64,000 nt of DNA from Azolla caroliniana. Its lineage: Eukaryota > Plantae > Polypodiophyta. The position numbers and the translations under genes are program-made. Where the stretch lies: positions 2,976,001-3,040,000 of the forward strand of contig JBHGNT010000010.1 of the NCBI GenBank assembly GCA_043228905.1, in the 5' to 3' direction. The notes beneath the pieces are model-generated. The model made no database searches. It worked only from the letters and a program-made list of their open reading frames with translations, and was not told where the DNA came from. Of the stretch, positions 1 to 11,552 are shown piece after piece. Within the stretch, counting starts at the first letter, position 1; every line of letters starts with the position of its first letter.

Positions 1-544
1 AAGGCGAGAATATCTCATCAAAATCAACTCCATATTCCTGCTTGTATCCTTTTGCAACCAATCTTGCTTTGTACTTTGGCGAGGAATCAGAAATGACCTT
101 CATTTTATAAACCCATTTGCATGGAAGTGTTTTCTGCCCTTTAGGCAACTGCACCAAATCCCAAGTGTCATTTTTCTCAAGAGATTCCATCTCTGACAAC
201 ATGGCTTTATACCTTTTCTTGTTGTCCTATCTGTCCATTGTTTCCTTGAAGCAAGACGGTTCGCCACAATCAGTCACCATGACATAATCAGCCACACTGT
301 TTGCATCAGGAACAAATCTGTCAGGCTTTCTAGTAACTCTAGATGATCCCCTAATCCAATGCTCATTGGTTGGTAGCTGTTGAGCTTGCAAATCACCATT
401 TTCAACTTGCTGTCCAGGCATTTCAGCCTGCAAATCAGCATTAACAGCTTGCTGTTCTAGCCGTTCCTGCTTTTTTGGTTGCTCATCATTATGGGCAAAG
501 GCTGGCTGATCATTTCCAGCCTCATTCTGCATTTGCAGGTAAGT

Positions 545-1693
545 TTACAGCAGGTGTTTGCTGCTGTACAACGGGCACATTTTTCTGTCTAAAAGGTATT
601 TCTTCTCAGAATACAACCCTAGGTACTTCCTCGGTCTTTCGGGTTGTTTATGCATGCGATTTTCCTGGAAGATAACATCATTGCTGTGTACTATTTTTCT
701 TTTCTCGGGATCCCACAATCTATACCCCATTTCACCCTCGTCACCGTATCCTAGGAAAATACATTTGCAGGACTTTGGCTCAAGTTTGTTGCGTTCTTCT
801 TTACAAATGTGTAGAAAAGCCTCACAGCCAAACACTCTCAAGTGAGCATATGAATGTGGCTTGTCCGACCACGCTTCTTGGGGTATTCCCCCTCCCAAAG
901 ACCTGTTAGGTGACCGATTAATCAAGTGAACAGCTGTCATAACAGCCTCTGCCCAAAAACCATGGGGTAATGCGGCATGAGACAGCACAGTATGGACCCT
1001 ATCTTGAATAGTCCGATTCATACGCTCTGCAACTCCATTTTGGGCTGGATTATAAGGGGCAGTGAGTTCCCTCTTTATTCTGTTGCTGTCACAAAATGCT
1101 TGAAAGGCCTTGGACACATATTCCCCACCATTGTCAGGGCGAAGAAACTTAAGTGTCTTATCAATTTGATTCTCAACTAATGCCCAGAATGTTCGAAACT
1201 TGTCGAGCACTTCATCCTTGCTACGAATAGGGTAAACCCATACCTTCTGTGTAGCATCATCGACAAAAGTGACTAAGTATTGCTTTCCCCCTAATGATAG
1301 CCCTGGCATCTGACATACATCTGAATGTACTAACTCAAGCGGGGAAGACTTCAGTGAAAGAGACTTTTTATGAGATGTTTGTACATGTTTACCATAAATA
1401 CAATGATCACAATGCTCAAAATCAGCATAACGAAGACAAGGCAAGTAACCCAAACGAGAAAGTACTTTCATACCCGTTTCACTCATGTGTCCCAACCTGC
1501 CATGCCACAAAGAAACACTTGGCTGCTCGGTTATGGCAACAACATGGTCACTCACACTAGATACATGGAGTGGATACAAAGTATCACTTTTACTACCCTT
1601 GGCAATAACCCTAGATCCTTTACAAATCTTCCATTTCCCATCACCAAAGGTGGTGTGAAATCCATTGTCATCTAGCTGTCCTGTGCTAATCAA
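545..1693 (-). pseudogene. Copia integrase (GAG-pre-integrase plus rve core), frameshifted at both ends
   Basis: LWHGRLGH..CDHC zinc motif, LELVHSD, DNGGEY, QNGVAERMN, GYRLWDP. Confidence 0.9.
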
Positions 1694-2049
1694 GCTCTTC
1701 TTGAGCTGAGGTGCATGCCATTACATGCTGAAGTGTGAAAGCAGAACCATGTTGACACTGTGATTGCACAGTGCCAAGACCTGCAATTTCACATGTATAG
1801 TTGTCCCCAAGATGGACAACACCATGTTGACCCCTTGTGTAATCTGAAAACCACTCACGATGAGGGGTGATGTGAAAAGAAGCACCGTAATCGAGTATCC
1901 AAGTGTGCATGTTACCATCCGTATCTGCAAGTAAAGCATGTTCTGTATTACATGAAGAGACAAAGAGTACATCATTTCCACTATCACTGTCATGAGTGAC
2001 AACATTCACCTCTTCAATTTTAGCATTGCTTTTCCTCAGTTGCTGTGCA

Positions 2050-2429
2050 CGTAGGCCTCGGCCCCATGGACCACGACCTCGATACCCTTGTCATCGACAG
2101 ATAAAAGCCATTATCTCCGCCATCGTAGGTGCTTCCCTCGCTTTGGAGACATTTCCATTTTGGATCGACCTATGCTAGAGATCTTTCGAAGACAAAAGCT
2201 ACAATATACCTAACTTGAGGATCTCACATGTGCCAAAGACCAGATTCCCTCATTTCTTTTCTTTTCATGTTATTTACTTTTATATTTACTGTGTAATATT
2301 TATTTTATTTTGATTTGTTCTCAAAGACGAGACAACACTTAAGATGTAATCTCTTATTTGGTCTTATAGGCCATTTTGGCCTCTTAAAAGACGTTAATAT
2401 ATCTTTCTTTCTTTCTTTCTTTCTTTCTT
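2050..2429 (+). mobile_element. 5'-truncated LINE 3' end inserted antisense into the copia gag-protease junction
   Basis: Ends in the stem-loop GGTCTTATAGGCCATTTTGGCCTC..AAGAC plus a (CTTT)n tail. 2320-2410 is nearly the reverse complement of 3565-3657. Candidate TSD ctgtgca (2043-2049) / ctatgca (2430-2436). Confidence 0.8.
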
Positions 2430-3564
2430 CTATGCAATCATCTACCTTGTTGCCCTTTCATTCTCTTTCTTCCATTTGAAACAATCACGTTTAAAGTGAC
2501 CCTTTTTGCCACAGTGATGGCATTCTACATCTTTACCACGTGATTTACTACAGCCATAACTATCAAATTTGCCTCTTTGTTGTGACCTATCCCTAGTATG
2601 CAACACACTAGAGGACTTATTGGATGCATTGTTCTGCCGACTCATCTCTTCCATGAGTAGAGAACTCTCTACATTGGCATAAAGAAGCATCGCATTTGAA
2701 TTGCTCATAGCAATTCTAAAAGTATCCTAACATTTTGGCAAGGTGCAAAGTAAAAACGTGGCCTTAAACTCATTATCAATGATGAATTTCAAGGCAACCA
2801 ACCGGCTGAAAATGGAATTGAACTCACTCAAGTGAGTTGACATGGGTGTGCCCTCTGTCATGTGCAAATCCATAAGTTTCTTAAGCCAATAAACTTTGCT
2901 AGCTGCCATCTTATGGGCATATAGTTCCTCTAGTCTAGTCCATATAGAATAGACAGAGTCCAAACCTTCAATATTAAACAACAAGGCATCAACAATATAC
3001 AACTCAATAGTCGAGCGTGCAAGCTTGTTCAACTCTTGCCAATCATTGTGGTCTATATTTGTAGGCTTTACCCCTTTGACTTTAATAGGCTTTGCATGCT
3101 TCTTCTGCAACAGGATGTAGCACTGCTTTTTTCATATCGCAAAGTTATGTGCACCCTCAAGCTTCTTGATGTGCATAAGATGGCTACTGTCACTGCTACC
3201 AATCATGATTTCTCAGCCCAAAAGTAGGACCAAAACTTAAGCAAAATAAAAACTAAGCCTAGACTCTCACACGAGTGAACTAAAGTACAAACAAGTACCA
3301 ACCAACGATATATAGCCACACTGAAAACATAAAATTTGAGATCTGCAGATAACTTTTCAGAGGCAATATCTGTTGTACATGCATTGTCAAAGCCTACAAG
3401 ATGTTTCTACTGTACACGGTCAAAATGTGACCTGCTCTGCAGAAAAAGTGACTTGCTCTAACCTGCTCTAACCTGCTCTACTCTGATACCAGTTTGAAGG
3501 GTAGCACGAGGATTAGGATTTAGGTCAACCAGAGAGGGAGAGAGTCCGAGTGAGAGACAAAGGG

Positions 3565-6130
3565 AGAAAGAAAGATATATTAACGTCTTTTAAGAGTCCA
3601 AAATGGCCTATAAGACCAAATAGGAGATTACATCTTAAGTGTTGTCTCGTCTTTGAGATGCACACTGTCTTGTCCCATACTTTATTTTGGTTTTTATATA
3701 TATATATGTATATACAAGTCAAAATGTGCTACGAGTGCGTTCACACTCGTGCACTAATAAAAGGCATGATGGCCCTTTATTCCCAACACTTCTACTCCAT
3801 AAAGCAATACTTGAGTAACCTTGGGGCTAAGGCCTACATGCATGACAAATGCAATTGCCCGATCTATTGTAACCCCTGTGATATGTCCTGGTTGGGAGCC
3901 CATTTGTGTAACCCATGGTTGACTTGTAGCATGAGTAGGAGTGATGGAGCTAAAGAAATTTGGCATTGTTCTTTGTTGATGAGCTTGTGTGGCTGTACTG
4001 TAGTCCTTCAACAACTTCTCCCTGTGTCTCTTGAGTTCTAGCAAGAAAAGTCCCAAGCACCGTTGGTTCTCATATTCCATAATGGGCCAAAGCCTTTGTT
4101 TAAAGAGGCAATGGTATCTCCCTCTTATTTCATAAAAAACACTAAACTGACAAATGTAGTGTTCTAAAGATTCCACTCCCTAATGACACAATTAGCAAAT
4201 TCTTTCTTCTGGAGGTATTCATGGATATATTCCCTACCTCAAACTCTAATTGATGTGATGAAGTTTGCAGCTGCCCTGTCACACTTTGCAGCACATAGTA
4301 TAGATGTATTTCTATACAAGATGGCTTGATGATGAATCGATCCTCCTATGTGTGTAAAAAGTGTCTTATAGTGCGCCATCTTCTTGCCAAGTCATATTTT
4401 GGGGCAATCATGTCTCCATGAAGCTAAAGGTTTCTCTAAATCATTTCAATGATTTGCCTTGTTAAGACTCAATCCCCATGTTTCTAAGCCATAGAGAAGA
4501 GTTGGTGTTACAAGTGTATCAGATAGTCACAGTTTAGTTCGTGGCTCTTGGAACTGCAAATGGGAACCTAGCCCACGAGAAAGTCAGGCACAAGCAGCCT
4601 GTTGTAAGGAGAACCTAGGCCCTTAGATGGTACTCCTAGGTATGTGTAGGGGCATGTGTATGCCACCTTTTCCTCTCCTAAGAAGATTTCTGGTTCTGAT
4701 CTTGCTACCCATGCTTGCGTGGTGTTAAACACCATCACATTAGTTTTATCCATGTTTATCGACAACCCTTTGTCTGTACGGAATACTTATTAAGGAATTT
4801 AGATGTCTCTGTAGTTCTTCCAGAGAGTCGGAATTTATCTCAATATCATCAGCATATAGTAATATTTGTATAGTTATACCTGCTAGGAATGCTCCGAAAT
4901 CCCCATATCTCTCTATAGTATGCGATACCTCCTCATCTATAATATTAACCGAACAGAGTGGGCGATAATGGGTATCTTTGTTTTAATCTGATTGTGCTAG
5001 CCACAGCCTCTCACAAACCATCGGGAGTCCACACTTTTCCTGAGTGCATAGATTTGCCATTGCATATCTATAGGGACACCAAGGGCTTCTAGCCATTGCA
5101 TAAGCTGAGTGCCTGCCAGTGTCAAAGGCTTTTCGAAAGTCCACAAAGAGCAGCACTAAATCCTCTTATTATGGGCTCTGCCCTCAATAAGAGCTCGGGG
5201 GTCAATCAATATGTGATCCAAAGTTGTGAACCTCTTCCAAAACCCTGCCTGTCCAGCTGAATGCTAGCCATTTCTCTCTGCCCATATACTCAATTCCGAC
5301 TCTAGGATCAAGGCATATAGTTTAGCCAAGTAATGCCCAATCATGATTGTCCTTTAATTGCTTAACATCATGGGGTCTCCACTCTTGAGGATTGGCACAT
5401 GGTATGTTCTGTCTATCTAGTTGGGAAACCTTCACACACATCTCTATTAAGGATTTGTGCTAACAATGGGAGCAAGATGTCATGGGCATAGATAAAGCGC
5501 TCACCTACCAATCCATCATGATCTTGGGCCTTCCCGAATTGTAACCGATCAATGGCTTTTCTTACATTATGGAGTAGAAAAGGTGGATTCATGTGGGAGT
5601 GAGCCATGTGGGTGGGGAAGTGAAGGCTTCCCGGAGATATCGTATAGTACTTTTGCATATTCATACCACACCTAGAAACAAACAATACAAATGATCTTCA
5701 AATTTAGCTAAATACAATTTATTCTTCTTCCTTACAATGCCTTGGAAGGTTGCTCTTGCTTGTTTGTATGTGTGGTAGGTTCTTTCATTAAACATTTTCC
5801 ATGTGCTTGTACTTTGTTTTCCTAGAAACAAGCAATACAAATGATCTTCAAATTTGGCTAAATACAATTTATTCTTCTTCCTTACAAGGCATTGGAAGAT
5901 TGTTCTTGCTTGTTTGTATGTATTAATACCCTGAGTTACTTTGTGCTGCAAGCATCTCCTTCTGTCACGACATTCCTCATCATACCAACTCTTCTTTTGT
6001 ATGACTCTACCAAGTTTGGGGGCATTAGCCATTCTGTGAGGCAAGGCATTTGTGGCTGCTTTATGCAATGACTTTGACAATCCTAGGGTAACTTTGTCTA
6101 GGGGTGCAAAAGGATAAAAAACTAGCATGC
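3565..6130 (-). mobile_element. Degenerate non-LTR retrotransposon (LINE, RTEX-like) inserted in the copia 5' LTR
   Basis: RT motifs FVDFRKAFD (~5120-5150), ILLYADDI (~4842-4867), INMDKT..YTYLG (4568-4765). C-terminal ESLEHYIC..QRCLGLFLLELKRH (3754-4176). 3' stem-loop and (CTTT) tail at 3565-3620. Internal ~149-bp tandem duplication at 5670-5920. Confidence 0.88.
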
Positions 6131-6870
6131 CATTATAAACTCCACAACTATGTGAGAAAGGCTGTTAGACAGCAGTAGCAAAATAGTTGCAAAGAGTAGG
6201 GACACAGCCAAAGAGTAGAGCCTGTTTGCAAGTAGCAGAAAAAATAAAGTTCTTACAAAAGAGGCTGGTATATCCTATTCATACAAAATTGGGGAACTTG
6301 GGTGAAATGGTTGTTTGGTAGTTAAGTGACTCTTGTACTACCAAACAGGTACAATAAACGAGGAATAAGGGGAATATCTTGGAAAAGTGGAAGAGAGAGA
6401 AGGCATTTAAAGAGTTGCTGATTCTAGAGAGAGAAGAATCTAGGAAGAGAGAGAATGTCGAAGACAGATAATAAAGATGGTGGAGTTTTGGCATATTCTG
6501 TGCATTCTGAATTAATGAGAGACTTTACTTTCAAAAAATAGAACAGCTGTATGTATATCTTTTCCTTCCCATGGAGCTGCTCTGAAGTACCAGAACTGCC
6601 ATGATATGGAGCAATATTTCTGTACTTATTACATGCTATGTTGCTAGTTTGACTTATATCTTATGTGATGCTAGAAGCCTTTTTGGAAGTACATTATTAG
6701 AAGGTACTTTTGGCATTTCAAAAACATGCCCATCATGAATCTCAAGGATATATTTAGCTTCAACCTCCTAAATATAAATATCTAGTTTACACGATTATTG
6801 TCTCTGCTCATTGTTAGCAAAATTAATCCTTAAATGAAATGTAATAACGTGTTTTTTTGCTTCTATGCAG

Positions 6871-9800
6871 AGAGACATTAAACCTGTAAAATCATCATTC
6901 GATAGAATTCAAGAGGATAATCTACCTGAATATCTTGGAATCGAGTTGCAGAAAAAGGACACTGGTTCAGTATGCTTGTCTAGGAACAATGTTCCCTTGG
7001 AGGAGAGTGACAGTGCACATCACAATTACCAACCATTGTTAAATAAAAACGAAAATGGATCTCACAAGTCTAGAGGCAATTCTCGAGTCAACAAATTACA
7101 TAAACCATTGGCGTCACGTGATGAAAAAAAGTTCGCCAGATCACGGATTTCCCATACTAATCTTGAAATCCACAACATCAAAATCACCCAGGTGTGAAAG
7201 TTTTGGAATATGACAAGTTTTCAGCATTTGACTTCGTACGTTTAAATTAACTTCATATGTTTAAATTGAATATACTGATAGCCAATTACCCATTTGATGA
7301 TAACTGCGATACAAAAGCATGAGCTCATGACTCATAGTAGAGATTTTAATAGCCATGTGATGAAACTCTTGACATAACTTGCACATCAAGGCCTTTACTT
7401 TAAGAGCATATTTTTGCTTTGCATTTTTTAACTGATCTCCTGTTTGCTAACAACACATTGGAAAGCAGCACATTTTTTACCTTCTATATCTAAACTGGTC
7501 TATTTTGTCTGGAAACTGCACATAATCAGTAAAAACTTATGATCCTATTGTAGCAAAACCTAAATTATGAATCATGTTAAATGTGGAAATCCCCAAAGTA
7601 ACAATTAATCCATCTGTTACGGCCCTTTTCATCATCAATGATAGTTCTAAGTGTGAATGTATGATCTAACGTAGAGAACCTTCTCTTGGATCCTCCTGCG
7701 AATTGATGCATATAACTTGGTTTCCTGTGTCTAGATTCTAGAGCTGCCACATGTCCTGTCTAAGAATCCTGCGGTTTCAGGAAGGATGATAATCATTCTA
7801 TAACCGAACCATTGAGTATTTTTCTGACTTTTATGACATGTTTGCAGGAGAATCTGAAAGACTGCCTCCATTACCATGGGATGTGTAGCTATCTATGTTC
7901 ACACCTGATGTCAAAATATAGGTGGTGCGGCATACATGAGGGTTTGTGTAACCCAAGTGACCTACCAGTTGTGCATAAACTGTGTATATAGCCTTTGTCA
8001 TGTTTGACAGTACAGTCTAAAGTGGATATATCTTACACCTTAAGAGTAAAGATATGGTCTATAGTGCAGAAAGTCTTTTCTCAAGTATGGTCTATATTTT
8101 GGCTGTCATGTAGTCTTTGCTTGGAAGGGCTCATGAAATATGGTGCACATTTGATAGCCTACACCTTTCAGAGCTAATGTCTGAGTTCCTCACTCTGCTG
8201 ATTTCCCATGATGCTCTCGTGTTGATAATCTGATGGGAGGCCTTTTTGGAATTTGGCTCTCATTGGGGTCACAGATTTGCTTTCTATCCATTGTATCTGT
8301 CTGTATTGGCTACACAGATTTTTTAAATTTTATTATGTGTCGGATACGAAGTGATGGTATGTTTCTATTGAGCTGAATCCTTCTTCATTGCAGGTCGAAC
8401 TTCTTATTACATATGAGGGGTCAATGTTCAGTGCTAATGAGAAGAGGTTTCTCCTAGACACGTTCACACGTGGTGAATTCAGTGGAACTTGGCGAAAGCT
8501 GTTCGATGAAATTACAAAACATGTTGTTTGGAGTATTTGCAAATCTTTAGTTGGAGCACAGGTTGATGTTGCTAGTCTTTTTGTCTATGAAATATAAATT
8601 TTATCATATGAAACATGAGTATATTTCAGCCTTCTTGAAAATGTTTGATAACGAATTTATGGAAACTATTTTTAAATGTGCTGCTAAACAATGATTATGG
8701 GAACAATGGATATCCGGAAAATAACATAAATCTGTTCTACTGCTAATAGAAAAAAAAAACTGGCTAGTGTCACTAGAGACATTATAAATAATGAGAACAC
8801 AAATAAAATCTATTTGTCTGTTTTGGTTCTTAAAGGCTAAAAACCCTAGATTCCTATCTCACTTTTTGCTATTGAAGGATGTTCTATCCTAAGTTGAAGA
8901 ACATGGCAGTGTCTCCACTAAAAGAAAAGGTTCATTAATAGGGGGGTCTGATCTTAAGCATAACTATCTAATTGATTTATACAGATAAGTTTTAACTTTC
9001 AGAGGAATTGGTTGCATTGTTTACGTAGATTTAAATGATGTTAGGCAACTTATTTTAGGTTGTTACATATATTTTCCCCAAGCCCTATTAGTACAACCAT
9101 GGGATGACTGTTGATACATATGTTCATCATTTCTTGGACAGAACTATAAAAGTTGCAGGAATGATTTCGGCATTGAAGATGCAGAAATGCATGATTTGAT
9201 GATCAGTGTTTGGAAACATGATATGGTGCCCCATAGACCAGATTCGATAACTTTCTTCTTTTTGTGTTTTGGTGTCCCTTTTTTGACTAATAGGTTTTGC
9301 CACCTCCCTTTCTCGTCTCCTTTCCTTCCAAGAGTGATTTGGTCTCCTTAAACTGCCACTTTCTTCTGGTAGGCACTTGCTGAAGCAACCTGGCCAACCA
9401 CTGGTCCTGAGAGGAGATCCCTTCTTGGATTAGTGAAGTGCCTGATGTATTTTGCTTTACTATCACAAAATCTCTCTCTCAAAACCCTGAATTGGATTTC
9501 GTCAATCTTGTTAGGCAGAATGCACGTGCAGGAGAGGAATCTAGGGAATGAAATTGTACTTTTTTTGGTGTCTACTGTTAATTTTATAGTAATTTGGATG
9601 GACTCTTGAGTAATTTTATAAGAAGGCATCGTCTGAAAATTGTTCTTGCATTTAGTATTCATTCTAGCTAATTGAAGTTACTGGCTATAGAGAAGGAAGT
9701 TCAAAAAGAAACTGCAAGCAGAGTATCATGGTGATGAGTCTAGCTCCAGTGATAGCGAGCTCAAAAGGCCACAAGATCGTGCAGGTGAAGGATTCGTGTC

Positions 9801-10284
9801 ATCCGTGCGGGTACTTTTCAATTCACAACGCAAGAAAACAAGAGCAGAGGGCTCAAAACAAAAACATATTGATGGTGAAGGCACATCAGACGGTGACGGG
9901 ATAGAAAGAACTGAAGCTGATTCTTCTACGTTCTCAAGACAGCCAAGCATGACCAAAGTAAAGCGGCTGATTCGTCGACGTACCATAAAGTTGCTTGCAA
10001 GTACACGACATAGAGGTCTCTCTCCCTTTTACAAGATTTTTATAAGAGTCAGATAGACACATGGATTTAGCATTTGGCCAGATAGGTTACTTTGGCGTTT
10101 TGAAGACATTAAAATAATATTTTATTTTATTTCATTTCTCATATCCATTTGATAAGGGTTCATTTGTTTTTTCTTTTCAGGGTCTATGATATTTAAAGAG
10201 ACAGCTCAGATGTCACCATCACTTCAAAGCTGTGAGGAGATATCATCTGACACATCGTCGCGCTATGAGGACTTCAACGATTGA
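6871..10284 (+). CDS. SABRE: SABRE/KINKY POLLEN/APT1-like (BLTP2/FMP27/Hobbit bridge-like lipid transfer) protein, last four exons; the 5' part lies left of the window
   Basis: GT-AG exons 6871-7191, 8394-8561, 9691-10000 and 10181-10284 splice in frame. The product is ..LEIHNIKITQ|VELLITYEGSMFSANEKRFLLDTFTRGEFSGTWRKLFDEITKHVVWSICKSLVGAQ|RRKFKK..AGEGFVSSVRVLFNSQRKK..TKVKRLIRR..SSRYEDFND*. This matches the SABRE/KIP C-terminus as I recall it (HNIKISQVELLVTYEGS..FTGTWRRLF..GDGFVTSIRGLFNTQRRK..PYEDF). SABRE versus KIP orthology cannot be resolved here. Confidence 0.88.
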
Positions 10285-11029
10285 TTTGAGTTAAAGAAAT
10301 CAAGAGAAATTTCTGACTCACAACTTCATCTTCTTTTCTACAATGGATGAGCAGGAGTTGAGTTGTAGCTCTCTCAAGAAGGTGAAGATTAATTTCAGCG
10401 TCTTTGATTGTTGAGTGTATTAATTTGCATTGGTATCCATGGTCTGTGTGCATGCTCAATTTTGTCACCGCATAATCTGTAGCTTCATCTACTCTTGAGC
10501 TGTTTAGGCTATTGAACTTCTTCCTGCATAAAAGTATATTTGTTTTCCGAACTTGTTAGCTGCCTATCTTTATATGGATTTGTATCTATACATGCAGATA
10601 TACATATGATTCAACAAAAGCCAAGCTTACATTCCTTTTTTCCTAATGGAATGTAGATGGAAATGTACAAAGTGCCATAAGCCGCAATAAATGTACCTGA
10701 CAGTATGGGAATGCATAGAACTGTTATAAATGTTACTGTGAGCGCAATACTGATAATCTTCTATCTTCACTCCTGATGTATAAAATGTAGAGAGAAAAGT
10801 AGGTTAGCATTCTTGAACAACATGAGAGGAATGAACAAGTGCCTCCAATGAGCTACAGGGAGTAGGAACAGTTGTGTCAAAATAAGAGCAGCAGAATGTT
10901 AATGGAGAAATTTCTACTACCAAGAATTTTGGTTATAGTGGGAATTCCAAATGCACCTTAAAATGATAGAACTAACTTGCTCTCTCCATCTCCTTTTTTT
11001 TTCATGTTGGTACTACTGATAAGCCAAAA

Positions 11030-11552
11030 GCATTGAAGCTATCAATTTTTGTATTGTGATGAAATATTTTTCATTGAAGATAAGAAATTACCTTTCAACA
11101 GTAGCAAGATTAGTCTTGAAGAAATCTTTCATTGATAATGATAAGCTGGGCGCACTGAAGTATATAAATATTTATATCAGAACGATAATATTGTTTTTTT
11201 TGAAGTTACGAAATTGCCTTCAAGGGTGCAACATTAGTCTTGAAGAAATTTCAGGAGGCAAGATTAGTCTTCATAAAGATAAGCAAAAAGAACTGAAGCA
11301 GTGAGTTCTTGTATGAAATGGTAATAGTGTTTTCGTTGAAGGTAAGAAAATGCCTTTCAGGGGGGGCCAACATTAGTCTTGGTAGCTATATAATTTTTAG
11401 TATCACAATGATAGTATTGTTTTTATCCAAAGTTAAGAAATTATAGAAGCGGAAAGAAATGAAGCTGTGAATTTTTGTATCAGAATGATAATATTATTTC
11501 CCTTGAGGTTAAGAAATTAGCTTTCAACGATGGCAACATTAATCTTGAAATT
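11030..11552. repeat. Degenerate tandem repeat, ~80-140 bp units, about 5 copies, between the two gene 3' ends
   Basis: Recurring GAAGCT..AATTTTTGTAT..TGAAG(G/T)TAAGAAATT..CTTTCAA..GCAA(C/G)ATTAGTCTTGAA near 11035, 11157, 11295, 11385 and 11461. Confidence 0.7.

Larger units (their letters stand above)
1..3564 (-). mobile_element. Degenerate Ty1/copia LTR retrotransposon (5' LTR remnant, PBS, gag, protease, integrase, start of RT); continues beyond the left window edge
   Basis: PBS TGGTATCAGAG (tRNA-iMet complement) at 3481-3491, with the LTR ending in CA at 3495. Gag ORF 2727-3110, CCHC knuckle CHHCGKKGHFKRDC (2442-2708), protease WILDYGASFH (1686-2009), integrase 545-1693. RT N-terminus (TWDLVQLP..CKWVYK) at 1-230. 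Domain order is PR-INT-RT. Confidence 0.93.

Noticed and set aside
2320-3657. Inverted repeat first read as an inverted LTR or TIR pair
   Set aside because: Both arms are LINE 3' ends inserted independently in opposite orientations.
7849-7921. AG/GT-bounded open segment (ENLKDCLHYHGMC..) that looks like a SABRE exon
   Set aside because: It is 73 nt and would shift the frame; homology requires KITQ|VELL to be joined directly.
9143-9446. Two further exon-like segments in the SABRE intron
   Set aside because: Homologues go directly from ..G(M/A)Q to the (G/R)(K/R)KFK exon at 9691, and these segments show no similarity support.
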